From Andalucia godoyi And28 (lineage: Eukaryota; Protista; Jakobida), in NCBI GenBank assembly GCA_009859145.1, contig VRVR01000025.1:261491-325490 (forward strand): a stretch of 64,000 nt of DNA, given 5' to 3'. Under the pieces are notes generated by a model. The model was not told the origin of the DNA. It was given only the letters and a program-made list of their open reading frames with translations, and did no database searches. How positions within the stretch are numbered: the first letter of the stretch is position 1; each line of letters begins with the position of its first letter. Shown in pieces: positions 19,653-31,072 of this stretch. A program made the position numbers and the translations under genes.

Positions 19653-22600
19653 CTAGACGGTCGTGGACTCGGAATCAAACTTTGGCAGTCTCGCGCACCA
19701 AGCATCCTTATCCTCCTGCGGACACACTTGCAGACCGGAAGAAAGGGCAGCATTTGCCTCATCTGCCTTTCGAAGTTTTTCCTCTCGTTGCTCCCGATCA
19801 ATGCGCGCCTTGGCCAATTTTGACTGAAGTGCTTTCGAGTTGGATCGAAGAGCTTCAAGCACCACTGCTGCTCGTCTCGAATGCACATTCTCGATGGAGC
19901 TCAACTGGAGGGACGACGACGTCTGCGACAGCGTTTCCACAACGGTGGAGCGTCTCTTCGAGTCTTTCGACTGAAAGTCCTTCACCATAGCCTTGTCAAT
20001 TTCCAGTTCTTTGGCCATTTTCTTTTCGAGGCCGAGGAACGCACGAAACACAACAGCGACATAGTCACGATCCTTCTGCGTTGGAAACTGGAAAGTGAAT
20101 TCCTTCTTCTTGAAAGAGAAGAAGGCTTGGTTCTCCCCCCGACACTCGACAAAGAACGTCTGAGCCCACTCTTCCTTGAACACGGCCTTCTTTTCATTCC
20201 CAATCAACACCTTCTTTGAGGTCAAAGTAATCAACTGGTCCTCGTTGGCTTCGGTGTTTTTGCCTTGCAAAGTCGCCTCGCCGTTTTCAAAGTGCTTCTG
20301 CAGAGACATTGCAAAGTCTGCATCAAGATAGACCTCCAGTCCGTCTGCAGAGCTCTCAACAGGAGTACCTTTCACGCCATCCGAACGAACGGGGGTGTAT
20401 CGAACTCGGAAAGACGCGTGCAAATCATCCGCATTTGGCTTGTACTGGCGTTGTCGCCCGACATCTCCCTCAATTGGAGTGTACAACGGCTCGCCAGCGC
20501 TCTTCCGCAACCACTGAAACTCGGAGCGTCCTTCGAGACCGCCAACATAGTTTCCGAGCACAGTGAGAGGGTATGTGAAGAAGGGTCCGCCTTCCACACG
20601 CACGTCGGAGACGGCCGGAGGAAGCGCAGCAACCGGAGTGGCAGTCTGGACGGATACTGCAGGGCCCTGAGCACCATCGGAGCGCACTGGAGTGTATTCA
20701 AAAACGAGATGATGACCGGTATCTTGCGCGGAGACCGTGTAGGTTGGCGCAAAATCCTCGGAAACCTTGGTTCGCTTATCCGTCTTCGGATCCAGTCTGT
20801 ACCAGGTCAAGAGCGACGATCCCTCATAGCCTCCATAGTACTCGCCCTTTCCCACCAACTTGATCGGCGGGAGTGCTTCGGCAATCGCCGCTCCAGCAGG
20901 AAGAGTCTCAATACGGACGTTGGAAACGACAGGTGCAGCGGGAGCGACGGCTGAGTTGGATGAAACGGTCACAGTCTGACCACGAGTCCCGTCGCTTCGA
21001 ACTGGAGTATACTCGACTCGAACGATACGATGGACGTGTTCCAGCCCGAGGAGTGGTTGCCTCTTGCCATTTTCCAGTTCAATGAATGATGACGGTTCCG
21101 GAAAGATGGAAAGAGTCGAGTCGCCTTCAGTTCCACCGACATAGTTTGGCTCAAACACAACGGGGCAACCTTGCTTCCAGTCAGAAGGCGATTCTCGCAA
21201 GAGCGGGCGTGAAAGATGCGGCGGCGCGGCGATCACTTGAGCTGACAACAGCAGCTGAACTGGTTCACCACGGACCCCGTCTACGCGCACAGGCGTAACC
21301 GAAACAGCCATAAACGCCCCGATATCCTCGCGTTGGAGAACGTACGGATCTCGGGAGCGGGAGACAACGACCGGGTCTCCAGCAATGCGTGTCCATTCAA
21401 AGATTGAGTCACCTTCTGGACCTCCCATGTACGAATAGTCATACGTGAGCGCAGTGCCCTCTTCGACAGTTTCCTGCCCATCCACAAGAGTCGCATTGAT
21501 GGTAAATGCCAAAAGCGCAACTCGAGGAAGAGTCCATTTGACCGGGGAGGACGAAATGACCACGGACGGCTCACCGCGAACATTGTCAAAACGGACCGGC
21601 GTCATTTCCAAAGCAATGTACGAGTTGCAGTGAGCATTCAACGGTAAGAAATCCGACGCTTCGACGGGCACATCATTGATTGCAGTCCAATGCTCACGGG
21701 GGGCCTCCAGGGAAGGCACCAGAAAGTACTGGAACAAATGCTTTCCTGCGGGGCCTCCCCAATACACGTAATTCGGACGGAACGATTCCCCATCAAAGAT
21801 TTCGTCTGGGAGAGACAATTCATGCACTATAGGATCCGCGTAGGAGACAACTGCTTCCGTCTGGGCAGACACAGGAGTGCCAAACGTGCCGTCCGAGCGT
21901 TGAGGCGTGACGGTCGCGCGGACAAAGTGATCCACGTCTCCCATGCCCAGTGTAATCGTGCGGTCTCCTGCGGAATCCTCAATCTCCTTCCACCCGCTAA
22001 CCCCGTCCTTGGACCGCTCCCATGTAACACGCGTGCCCTTTCCTTCATCACCGCCGACATACCCGTACGAAGCGCCAATGTCAGACCCCTGCTTTCGCGC
22101 ACCATTCAGCGAAACCGAAGTCACACGAGGAGCACAGGCAGCAATCGTGGCAGGGGTAGTCAGCTCTACAGGCGAAGCAGAGCGTGTGTAGTCTCGTCGA
22201 ACTGCAAAAGCAACAACGCGCAGCGCATGGCCGAGGTCCTCACGAGTGGGGATGTACTCGAACGTGTTTTTTGCAATTTCCACAGGCGCAGTGGAGGCGT
22301 TGTTGTGCGGCAGACGGAACCATGCAACATCATGCTGTTCCGCTGGGAACCCGCCCTTGTAAGAATAATCCACACACAGCTTGGATGCTTCCTCAAACAC
22401 ACATGCAGGAGAAAACTTGAAATCGACAAATACAGGATTACGAGGCGCAACGGCAGTGGGAAGCTGCAGCACAGACGCTTGACCCTTAACTTTCTGGGAT
22501 GAAATCGGCGTGTAGACCAGCTTCAGATGGCAGCCAACGTCTGCGAGCGTGGGAGTGTAGGACAAGGAAACGACGCTGTTATTGTGCTTGGCAGAAGTCG

Positions 22601-24683
22601 GTTGACGCTCTACGGTTGTAATCAGAACCTCTTGCGCATTCTCTGCAACACGATAGATCTGCAGCGTCGAATTTCCTTCGACACCACCAAAGTAGTCGCC
22701 ACTGACCACCAAGGTCTCGTCCTCGGTCCACTGGTCCGCATTTTCGAGTGTCACAGAGCTATCGTTCCCACGAGCCGGTTGTTCTTCATCATCCGGCACA
22801 CGCAAACGAACCGCCTGTGCTTGCTGACGACCCAGCCACAATCGGCGGATGGCAGGAGGACCTTCACGGATAACGGACGGAAGGTTGTGGACAAAGACGG
22901 GGGTCTCGGTATTCGTTTCACCGCGATCGTTGGATGGAGAAATGCGAACGCTCAGCAGCTTTCCAATATCCGCAACGGTGGGATAGTAAGTGCGCTCGCA
23001 AGACAGCACGCGGCCATCTGCTTTTGACACCCATTCCACGGTGGTCGTACCCTCAACTCCACCGTAGAAGTGGTACTCCACTGACAGCTCCCCACCTTCA
23101 ACAGGTTCTCCGGTGACTTTCACATCGCGGACCGATGGCGGAGCTGGCTGAATAATGGAAGTGATGGCAAAACAAGAAAATGGAGACAAACTGGAAAGAT
23201 ACGAAGGAGCAAACGCAGTGATTTCGGCCATCAAGCAGCAATCAACGTCATCCAACACGAGATCGTACTCACAAGCGCGCTCCTGCTCCACACTTTCGAC
23301 GACAGAAGACGAAGACTTCTCGAGTTCCACAAAGTCGCCGCCACAGCCGCGGGTGGAGCGATACCACTGGACCGTAAAGATTCCTGGGGTTGCACACCCG
23401 TCTGTTTCACGAAGGGCCTGCATTTTTGCTTTCTGAATGTCCTCCGACGTCACAGTAATTTCTGACTTTTGACCTCCGATGGAGTACACATACTTTCCAG
23501 GAGTCAAGAAGAGAGTGGTTTCAAATGCGGCCTTGGAAGTCGACCGAGACATATGCACAGGACTCGCCAACTTCGGAGTTTGGAAAACCACCTCGTCAAT
23601 TGTCGCATGGGAGAGCGTGACGGGCAGCATGTGCGAAGGCAGAAACCCAAACTTCTCCGGATGTTCTGTAAGATGCGCAAAGGCAGCCGTGTTCAGCTGC
23701 AAGATGACCTCCAATTTGAGTCGGGAGCCTTCCATGACAGCGCCGTCCTTTCCAGAACTTGCAGTCTTCACATGCAGAATCCGGAGTGCCATTGTCTCGG
23801 AAGCCTCCTTCTGAAGCTGCTCAAGATAGACATCTTGTTCCAGGTTCGTTTTGTCGGACTTCTTCCCGGGAGTAGAAATCTTGGAATTGTTTGCCAGCTC
23901 TGAATCGAACGACGACTTTGAGGCTGGGATCCAACCCTCGCGCAAGCACACAGCAGTCTTCGTATCGACCAATCTGGAAGACTGCATCCGTTCTTCTTCA
24001 GAAACGTCCTTTCCGTTAATGCGGCGGAGAGAGGCAGACGACATGCCAATCAGTGCCGTTCGAACATCGACCTTTTCACAGACAGGGTTCTCTTCGATGG
24101 AAATCGACTCCAGTTTGGGATGCCTGGGCATTCCGCCCAATGACTGGAGCCTGTTGGATCCAAGAGCAAGGACAAGCAATGACGGCAGCAAGGGCATACC
24201 GTCAAGAGACTCCAGGGCGTTGTGTGCAAGAGACAAGACCTGCAGTTCATCAAACTTTGGAAAGTCAAACAGTGTTGTCAGATAGTTCCCAGACAGAAAC
24301 AGCTGTCGAAGGTTCGGCAACGGGGCCAGCAGATCAAAGTGCGAGAGCGCATTGCACGACAAGTCAAGAACCTTCAGTTGGGGAAGCATTGAAAACGATG
24401 AAAACGACGACAAGCAGTTGTCTCGGAGATAGAGAAACTCGGCTCTCTGCACATGGGGAAAGAGAGAATCCAGAGATGTAAGTCCCTGTGAATTGAGCGA
24501 CAACCGGCCGTTCTGCGGACGCAAAGCTTCCAGAATATTGTCGTCATCATGATGCGACGCAGCCGATGACAAATGCCGCGCCGAGCGCACCGTCGACTTT
24601 GACGAGTCCAGTCGCGACAAGTCGACGGACGTGTTGATCGACTTGCGGCGACTCGATGCTGAAGGCGTAGACCCCGTCGTCAT
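19653..24683 (-). CDS. AIR9: AIR9-like microtubule-associated protein (LRRs + tandem A9 Ig-like repeats)
   Basis: Ser-rich N-terminus, SDS22-like LRRs (LKVLDLSCNAL, LRQLFLSGNYL), then roughly nine repeats with Y(F/V/Y)GGxEGxSxxxW and YxPVRSDGxxG cores, and a C-terminal helical/coiled region. ATG at 24683 follows the T-rich leader. Confidence 0.85.
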   Translation of the reverse strand: MTTGSTPSASSRRKSINTSVDLSRLDSSKSTVRSARHLSSAASHHDDDNILEALRPQNGRLSLNSQGLTSLDSLFPHVQRAEFLYLRDNCLSSFSSFSMLPQLKVLDLSCNALSHFDLLAPLPNLRQLFLSGNYLTTLFDFPKFDELQVLSLAHNALESLDGMPLLPSLLVLALGSNRLQSLGGMPRHPKLESISIEENPVCEKVDVRTALIGMSSASLRRINGKDVSEEERMQSSRLVDTKTAVCLREGWIPASKSSFDSELANNSKISTPGKKSDKTNLEQDVYLEQLQKEASETMALRILHVKTASSGKDGAVMEGSRLKLEVILQLNTAAFAHLTEHPEKFGFLPSHMLPVTLSHATIDEVVFQTPKLASPVHMSRSTSKAAFETTLFLTPGKYVYSIGGQKSEITVTSEDIQKAKMQALRETDGCATPGIFTVQWYRSTRGCGGDFVELEKSSSSVVESVEQERACEYDLVLDDVDCCLMAEITAFAPSYLSSLSPFSCFAITSIIQPAPPSVRDVKVTGEPVEGGELSVEYHFYGGVEGTTTVEWVSKADGRVLSCERTYYPTVADIGKLLSVRISPSNDRGETNTETPVFVHNLPSVIREGPPAIRRLWLGRQQAQAVRLRVPDDEEQPARGNDSSVTLENADQWTEDETLVVSGDYFGGVEGNSTLQIYRVAENAQEVLITTVERQPTSAKHNNSVVSLSYTPTLADVGCHLKLVYTPISSQKVKGQASVLQLPTAVAPRNPVFVDFKFSPACVFEEASKLCVDYSYKGGFPAEQHDVAWFRLPHNNASTAPVEIAKNTFEYIPTREDLGHALRVVAFAVRRDYTRSASPVELTTPATIAACAPRVTSVSLNGARKQGSDIGASYGYVGGDEGKGTRVTWERSKDGVSGWKEIEDSAGDRTITLGMGDVDHFVRATVTPQRSDGTFGTPVSAQTEAVVSYADPIVHELSLPDEIFDGESFRPNYVYWGGPAGKHLFQYFLVPSLEAPREHWTAINDVPVEASDFLPLNAHCNSYIALEMTPVRFDNVRGEPSVVISSSPVKWTLPRVALLAFTINATLVDGQETVEEGTALTYDYSYMGGPEGDSIFEWTRIAGDPVVVSRSRDPYVLQREDIGAFMAVSVTPVRVDGVRGEPVQLLLSAQVIAAPPHLSRPLLRESPSDWKQGCPVVFEPNYVGGTEGDSTLSIFPEPSSFIELENGKRQPLLGLEHVHRIVRVEYTPVRSDGTRGQTVTVSSNSAVAPAAPVVSNVRIETLPAGAAIAEALPPIKLVGKGEYYGGYEGSSLLTWYRLDPKTDKRTKVSEDFAPTYTVSAQDTGHHLVFEYTPVRSDGAQGPAVSVQTATPVAALPPAVSDVRVEGGPFFTYPLTVLGNYVGGLEGRSEFQWLRKSAGEPLYTPIEGDVGRQRQYKPNADDLHASFRVRYTPVRSDGVKGTPVESSADGLEVYLDADFAMSLQKHFENGEATLQGKNTEANEDQLITLTSKKVLIGNEKKAVFKEEWAQTFFVECRGENQAFFSFKKKEFTFQFPTQKDRDYVAVVFRAFLGLEKKMAKELEIDKAMVKDFQSKDSKRRSTVVETLSQTSSSLQLSSIENVHSRRAAVVLEALRSNSKALQSKLAKARIDREQREEKLRKADEANAALSSGLQVCPQEDKDAWCARLPKFDSESTTV

Positions 24684-26329
24684 GTTCACAATCGTAAAAA
24701 CAAAAGAGAAACAATAAACACAAACAAACAAACAAGCAAACAGCACAAATAAATAAATAAATATATAAATAAATATATAAATCAAGAAGAGAGACAGAAA
24801 TATGAAAATAAAATAGACAGGAGAAATATTGCAGATCATGATTGACGTTTTCCCGGACCTAAACAAAGCAGGGGGGCGTTTGTCATTTTGACTTTTGGGG
24901 TTGCCGCAGTTTCCTTGGGAATGTCAGTCCGTGTCATTGTCGGGGCGTAATCCCCGCCGCTCGTCCTCTGAAAACTGAATTTACATTTGGTTCCTGATGT
25001 ACGACTGGATGCGGATGGTCAGCAGGGATTCGCCATGCTTCGTGCACAATGCATGGGATGCGGTTTCTTTTTTTTCTGACAACGGTGCTGTGACGACTGG
25101 CGACGATCTCGGGGGTGTTGTGTTTTGCTGGTGTTTTATTTTCTGACGCGTAAAGCCTTTTTTCAAATCACGTTTTATACTGGGGGAACGCAAGTCTGGG
25201 GAGTATGGAGGGCACATAGGGCGCAGTGAGAAAGAAAAACGCCGGGGTCGGCTTACTTCTTGTCGAATCTTCCGCTCGAGACGTCATACGTCACTTTGGC
25301 AGCAAACAAGGCGACCATTCCCGTAACGATGACATCTCCTGCAAAAGCCATCTGATCGATGCATTTGCGCGTCTTCGGCTTGTAATCCGAATTCTATAAA
25401 TTGGGAACGAGAGGAAAAACAACAAGAAAACACGACAAAAAGAAAAGAAAAAGAAAAGAAAAAGAAGAAGAAGAAAAGCAAAATACGCAAAAAAGCAAGT
25501 CAGATTAGCAGATGATCATAAATCAGCCAAATACACATATTCGGTATGAATATCACAAAATTTAAGTTTTAAAAAGGGGGAAGAGAGAACACCAATAGAG
25601 AAGATACATACAAAACGGCGGAAAACTGCCTGACGAGAAACAGCAGCAATGGATTGTTTGAAGAACATGGTTGGAGTACCAAGACGGGATAACACAGACT
25701 AACGCAGAGAGAACAACAACGCAAACTGGGAAAGCAGCGAAAGACCTTTTTCTTCAAGGAGGTTTTTCCCACCTTTTGGAAACACAAAGCATGCGGTCTA
25801 CGGCAGTTTATGTCAAAATGAAATAATAATAATAAAAATAAAACTACAACAACGCCTACATTTCTCACTGAGGATGCATGACCATCGCCAGTTATGCGTA
25901 ATCAGTGTTGCAACCCGGGCCATGTCGCCATGGACGGGAGAGGGGGGGTAGGCCCCCCACAGGCCTTGCTGGTGTTCTTAAGATAAATGTTCCGCGCTCC
26001 GTTTCAATCTCGATCAATCTGCGAGCAACACGCGAGACATGCAGACACTTTGCTTCCGCCGCTCGCGACACTCGGTCGCCTTATGGAACAAACGTTGCAA
26101 AAAGTGAAACCAAAACCAAACCAACGAATGATAGAATGATAGATGGCTACGGATGCTGCGTTAAAGAGTGTCGAAAATGCAGAGCCTGTGTCACCGGCTG
26201 AATTTTGGCCAAGCGTGCATCAGCACAAATTCCTGTGAAACAAAACGTGTTAGTGTGTCGGCCAGTATTGACCGTGTCTGTTTATGTATAGTTCCGCATG
26301 CATGATAATGACGTGTCATTATGCAACGG

Positions 26330-27862
26330 TCATCTCTTCTTCCGTCTTGAAGTCGACAGCTTCTTTTGAGCAGCGATGCGGGCGCGTCGAACAATTTCTG
26401 CTTGCTCCATACCGGCCTTGTTGTCTGCATGCACTGATTTGAACTTTGTACTCGAGGGAAAATCGTACGATTCGCCGTCTTGCTTATCGCCTGCGGCCGC
26501 GTCGGGATCAACAGCATCCTCGTCGTCGGAACCGTCATTTCCCAGAGAATTCTTCTCACCCTTCTTTCTGGAATCGCGCAGAACAAATTTTGGAATGACT
26601 TCGATGTGCTTCGAAGGATAGGCAGACCTTCTGACTTCAGTCCCCGCCATACTGTCGGCTTCTTCAGTTTCTTCGACTACGTCGTCCGCCGCGTCCAAGT
26701 CACCTCGTTCAGCACCATTCTCTGCGCCGTCCTCCACAGACAATGCAGCACCGGCATCTCTAGGGCTTTCACCCTCTTCGAAAACGCCCTTTTCCATCTG
26801 TGAATTAGCGCCATCTTCAGCAGCGTCGTCATCAGCCACTTCTCCCTCCTCCTCCTGCTCCTCCTGCTCGTCGTCGTCGTCGTCATCATCGTCTAGATCC
26901 TCCATCGAATTGTTCGTCTGAAACTCGCTCTCCAGGTCCTTGGACCAACCAGAGGCCTCCAGCTTGGAATCAAGATTTCCTCGCTTTTCGACTTCGTCAA
27001 GCGTGATCGCAAATTCAGTCTCGAATCGGAACCGACGTCTGAAAAAGTCTTTCAAGCTCTTCACGTCTCGCTGGAACAGTTCCTCGGCGTTCGGATGACT
27101 GGTCGAAACCATTTGCGGAAAGTCGATAAACACAATTGTGTCATCATCCTTGATCATCAGATTGAACTCGTTGAAGTCTCCATGGATCAAACCAACTTCT
27201 GCGAGCTGGACAAGCAGCTTCACACATTGTCGGAACACATTTCCGGCATCCTCGACGTGGCGGACACTTGCCAATGGCCAACCAGCAACACGCTCCATGA
27301 CCACAGCATGTCGGCTCCAGTCTACCGGCTCAGGAACAGGAAATCCCTCTGAATGCAGAGCCTTCATGAACGCATATTCCTTTGCAGCCGCAAGTCTCGA
27401 CAAATACAGCCACGAAGCACTGGTTCGGTGCTGCAGGTAGTCGCGCTTCTCCTTCACGCCGCGAAACGACGTGCGCCCAAGTCTGTGGAACTTGATAACA
27501 AGCGGCCGATCCATATCGTTTGTAGCAGCAAACACGTCGGATTCCTTTCCCACGCCGACCTTGGATCCAATTCCAGTGACCGTCTGTCGAGAGGAAAAGG
27601 CATGCACCGCAAGATAGTCGTAGCCTGCATACGTGAGTTTGTATCCGTCATACTTTAGACATTCGTGATGGATCAAGCGCAGTTTAGCAGCACGGGAAAT
27701 ATGGGGCCCAATCGCATTGCGGCTACGATTCGGAAACGCAATGCGCTGAATCAACGGAGTCGGAACAACCTCGTGGTTCTTCATTCCCATTTCAATGGCC
27801 ACAAGCGTGCGCCAGTCCCCCTTTTCCAGGTAGATCAAAGGCTCAATGTCGAATCGCACCAT
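26330..27862 (-). CDS. RIO2: RIO2 atypical protein kinase (40S maturation factor)
   Basis: Winged helix (EMGMKNHEVVP, YDGYKLTYAGYDYLA), GVGKESDV, KFHRLGRTSF, SRLAAAKEYAFM, LIHGDFNEFN, IDFPQMVSTSHPNA; acidic C-terminal tail. Confidence 0.97.
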   Translation of the reverse strand: MVRFDIEPLIYLEKGDWRTLVAIEMGMKNHEVVPTPLIQRIAFPNRSRNAIGPHISRAAKLRLIHHECLKYDGYKLTYAGYDYLAVHAFSSRQTVTGIGSKVGVGKESDVFAATNDMDRPLVIKFHRLGRTSFRGVKEKRDYLQHRTSASWLYLSRLAAAKEYAFMKALHSEGFPVPEPVDWSRHAVVMERVAGWPLASVRHVEDAGNVFRQCVKLLVQLAEVGLIHGDFNEFNLMIKDDDTIVFIDFPQMVSTSHPNAEELFQRDVKSLKDFFRRRFRFETEFAITLDEVEKRGNLDSKLEASGWSKDLESEFQTNNSMEDLDDDDDDDDEQEEQEEEGEVADDDAAEDGANSQMEKGVFEEGESPRDAGAALSVEDGAENGAERGDLDAADDVVEETEEADSMAGTEVRRSAYPSKHIEVIPKFVLRDSRKKGEKNSLGNDGSDDEDAVDPDAAAGDKQDGESYDFPSSTKFKSVHADNKAGMEQAEIVRRARIAAQKKLSTSRRKKR

Positions 27863-28207
27863 CCGTCTTACAATCCAATTTTACTACTTTCAAAATCAAA
27901 GAAGAACAAGAAGCACAAGAGCAAGATCTGACAACAAAAAAGAAAATCACATTTACCATCACAGTCTCGTTTTTTCTTCATTTGAAACTTATATTGCAAA
28001 AAATCAAAAGGAAATGAGCGAAACACCCGTAGCATCACCTGAGACCAAAAGCCCCTCTCCCGAGCAACACGCACTGCCATCACATTCATATTCTGCAGCA
28101 GAATCGACGCGTAAAAAACAAAAAACAGACTGATTTCTAAAAGGAGAGGCGAGAGGCGAGGAAAGGCGAGGTTAAAGAAGAAGAAGAAGAAGGAGGAGGA
28201 GGAAACC

Positions 28208-28669
28208 ATGATGCTTCGACGGCTCTTCTCATCGGCACCGGTCGACAAGGGGATTGCGTCAGTGTTCGCGCTGGGAAAGCTGAACCACGTTGCAATAGCT
28301 GTACCGAAGCTGGATGCTGCAGTCGAACGGTTTGAAAAGGGTCTTTGTGCGACCGTTGGGAACTTCCAGACGCTGCCTGAGCATGGAGTCAAAGTCGCAT
28401 TCGTGAAACTGCCAAACACGAACATTGAGCTGCTGGAGCCGTACGGCGAGAGCTCGCCCATTTCAAACTTTTTCAAAAAGAATGCGGATGGCGGAATCCA
28501 CCACATCTGCATCGAGGTCAAGGATATCAATGTTGCGATGCAGCAGGTGAAGAAGTCGGGAATCCGACCGCTGAGCGCAGAGCCAAAGATCGGCGCCCAT
28601 GGCAAACCAGTCGTGTTTCTTCATCCAAAGGATTGCAACGGCGTCTTGGTTGAACTCGAGCAAGAATAG
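28208..28669 (+). CDS. MCEE: methylmalonyl-CoA epimerase, mitochondrial
   Basis: Presequence MMLRRLFSS; VOC-fold motifs LNHVAIAV, EHGVKVAF, IELLEP, GGIHHICIEV, IGAHGKPVVFLHPKDCNGVLVELEQ. Confidence 0.96.
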   Translation: MMLRRLFSSAPVDKGIASVFALGKLNHVAIAVPKLDAAVERFEKGLCATVGNFQTLPEHGVKVAFVKLPNTNIELLEPYGESSPISNFFKKNADGGIHHICIEVKDINVAMQQVKKSGIRPLSAEPKIGAHGKPVVFLHPKDCNGVLVELEQE

Positions 28670-29859
28670 CTCCCACCATTCAGGTGATGGGCTTTGGTTT
28701 TTGTAAAGCATGAAGCTTTTTGTCTCACCGTTTTCGTATCTTGTCGGGTCACTCTCAAAGAGGGACGGAGCCTGGGGTATGCGGCTCGTGCACCCCATCG
28801 CTCGCAAAGTGGAATGCAGCAAGATGCATGCAGCACCAGGACAGGCAAGACGAAGCTGGCTGTCACGACACAGCAGAACAGTTACAAAAAAAATATATAC
28901 AAACAACAAAAAAAAACGTACCGGTTCCCACGGATCACTTGCTGAGCATTTCCCAAGCCGCACCGAAGGACGCTGAATATTCTGCTTCGACGTTTGGACG
29001 AGATTCCCGAGTTCGACAGAACGATGAAGCGTGCTGCCGTCCCCGTGGCCTCGTCGAACACCGTGGAATCGCCGCAGATAAGGACGATCCGCCTTGTCGT
29101 GTGATCAGCACACCTTTCTACACATCGAATAGGCTTTTGCAACGCAGGGCCCCCGGTTGTTGGTTGGACATTTTCCTGTTTTGTGCTCTTGTATTCTGGT
29201 TTCCCGACGATCCGTGACAGTTCGCAGTCCACGTCAGAGCAAAGGCGTCGGATGGCTCTGTCGGTGTGCAGGATGCCGTTGCGAACGACCCTTTTTAGGC
29301 GGTCCACTATCTGACGTGCGTCAAAACACGTATGAGCACACCGGGAAAGCATCTGCACAGATGCTGTTCTGAATCACCACGAGTGCTACTACCCTGATCA
29401 GATGCTGCACTCCTTTCTGCCTGCAAACTCGTTCTTTTTAAGGCATCCACTCTGGCGAAGGACGATGACCGCATCGGAAAAAGGCCTTCAGACTCGAGAG
29501 TCTCCGTCATCCCGAGTTTTCACCCCGAACGTTTGCTCACTTTTGTAACTAGCGGCAAGCTCCCCGGTTCCTGCCCCACGGGATCCTATTTTACTTTTCC
29601 CGTTCTTCCCTTTTCCCTCCCTCCTTCCTCCTTCCTCTGCTTCCTCCTGCTCCTGCTCCTCTCTCTCTCACCCCTCTCAACCCCCTTTCGCAGCCTCTCA
29701 CTCCTTTCCTCAAAGAATTATTTCACCGATCAAAAGCAACAACACGCCACTCTCTCTACCCGCCTTTTGTTTTTGACCGAAACAAATCAGCGTTATATTT
29801 TCCATCTGCACAACTCTTCAGCTTTCGTATCTTTTCGCCGACCTCATCGCATACGAGAC

Positions 29860-30819
29860 ATGGGGTGCGGTACGAGTAAAGCGGTGGAGCCGCTGACGGT
29901 TGGTCGACGATCATCTGCAAAACATCCCGACGTCCGGCGTTTCAGCGATCCGGAGGAATCATTGCAAACGTCTCACTCTTCTGCTGCCGTTGATCGATGC
30001 AAGAGCACGGCTTCGGTGGTCTCTGTCTCGGACTGTGTCCTCGGCCCAAGAGGCGACAGTCTGCTCTCTATGACAGTGCTCACCGACTACTCCCCGAGAT
30101 CGGACGAAGAGCTGATGGCGGACAAGGAGCCTGTGATCGAAGAACCGTTTGGCTCGCCACAAAAGATTGAACTCAACAACAAGACCATGCTTCCCGTGAA
30201 CTTGACCGTGTGGTACACTGACGGATGGAAGCCGATTTCGCACAGCAAGATGCTTCCGACGAGGAGCCATCGTTCGGTCGATTTGAGCGTGCAGCGGCAT
30301 GTTGCGGAACGTGGATTCCAGAGCAAGGAGATTGTAAACTGCGGCGGAACAAGATCGCAGTCGATAGTCGAGGTTCCGCATGGCTACAGGATTGTCGCGT
30401 GCGAAATCCTTCAGGGTTGGCAACGGGCGCTTGTTCTGTGCTTCAACGACGGAGAGCCCTTGCGATTTGATATTGCACCAATCAGTTGTGGCCCCGGCAT
30501 GTCGGAAACCGACATGGAGGTGCGGGCATTGTTTGAAGCTGTGAAGGACGACGTTTCAACCACCGGCGTATGCTGTGTCTGCAGTGGTAGCAAGTCCGTG
30601 CAGCCATCAATCTCGACACTGCGAGTACCGGTTTACAAGGACGTCGAGGATGTTCCGCAATCGGCATTTGTTGTTCGGATCAAGAGTGGGTCGGTTTCTC
30701 AGTACTGCTTCTCGATTCGACACAACGGAAGCGAAGTGGGCTTTCTTCCGTCAGACCAAATCGAGCTGGATGCAGACCAAATTGTCCAGAAGTACACCGA
30801 AGGAACGGAATGTCCATGA
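29860..30819 (+). CDS. hypothetical protein with an N-terminal myristoylation/palmitoylation motif (MGCGTSK)
   Basis: 319 aa from ATG 29860 after a pyrimidine-rich leader; disordered N-terminal third followed by a beta-rich domain I do not recognise. Confidence 0.65.
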   Translation: MGCGTSKAVEPLTVGRRSSAKHPDVRRFSDPEESLQTSHSSAAVDRCKSTASVVSVSDCVLGPRGDSLLSMTVLTDYSPRSDEELMADKEPVIEEPFGSPQKIELNNKTMLPVNLTVWYTDGWKPISHSKMLPTRSHRSVDLSVQRHVAERGFQSKEIVNCGGTRSQSIVEVPHGYRIVACEILQGWQRALVLCFNDGEPLRFDIAPISCGPGMSETDMEVRALFEAVKDDVSTTGVCCVCSGSKSVQPSISTLRVPVYKDVEDVPQSAFVVRIKSGSVSQYCFSIRHNGSEVGFLPSDQIELDADQIVQKYTEGTECP

Positions 30820-31072
30820 CGGATGGATCTGGCGGCTCCAACAATATATGCAATTACACTATACTCCCCCCTGTACAGAACTGTGAGGATGCACTGAATA
30901 TAAACGAAAATGAAAAGGAAAATGTTAAACTTCCAATTGATTAATTAAATAAATACAGCAGCAAATTTAAATAATATATTGAAGGAAAAAAAAAATGCGA
31001 GCGAGAAGGAAAGAAATAAATGATAACAGTAGTCTTTATACATTTTCTTAAAAATTAATAGTGTTCCAAGTT

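Noticed and set aside
28700-29520. Possible gene between MCEE and the 29860 gene (ORFs 28882..29358, 29307..29510, 28720..29217)
   Set aside because: Several overlapping short frames on both strands and no recognisable domain; coding frame cannot be chosen without transcripts.
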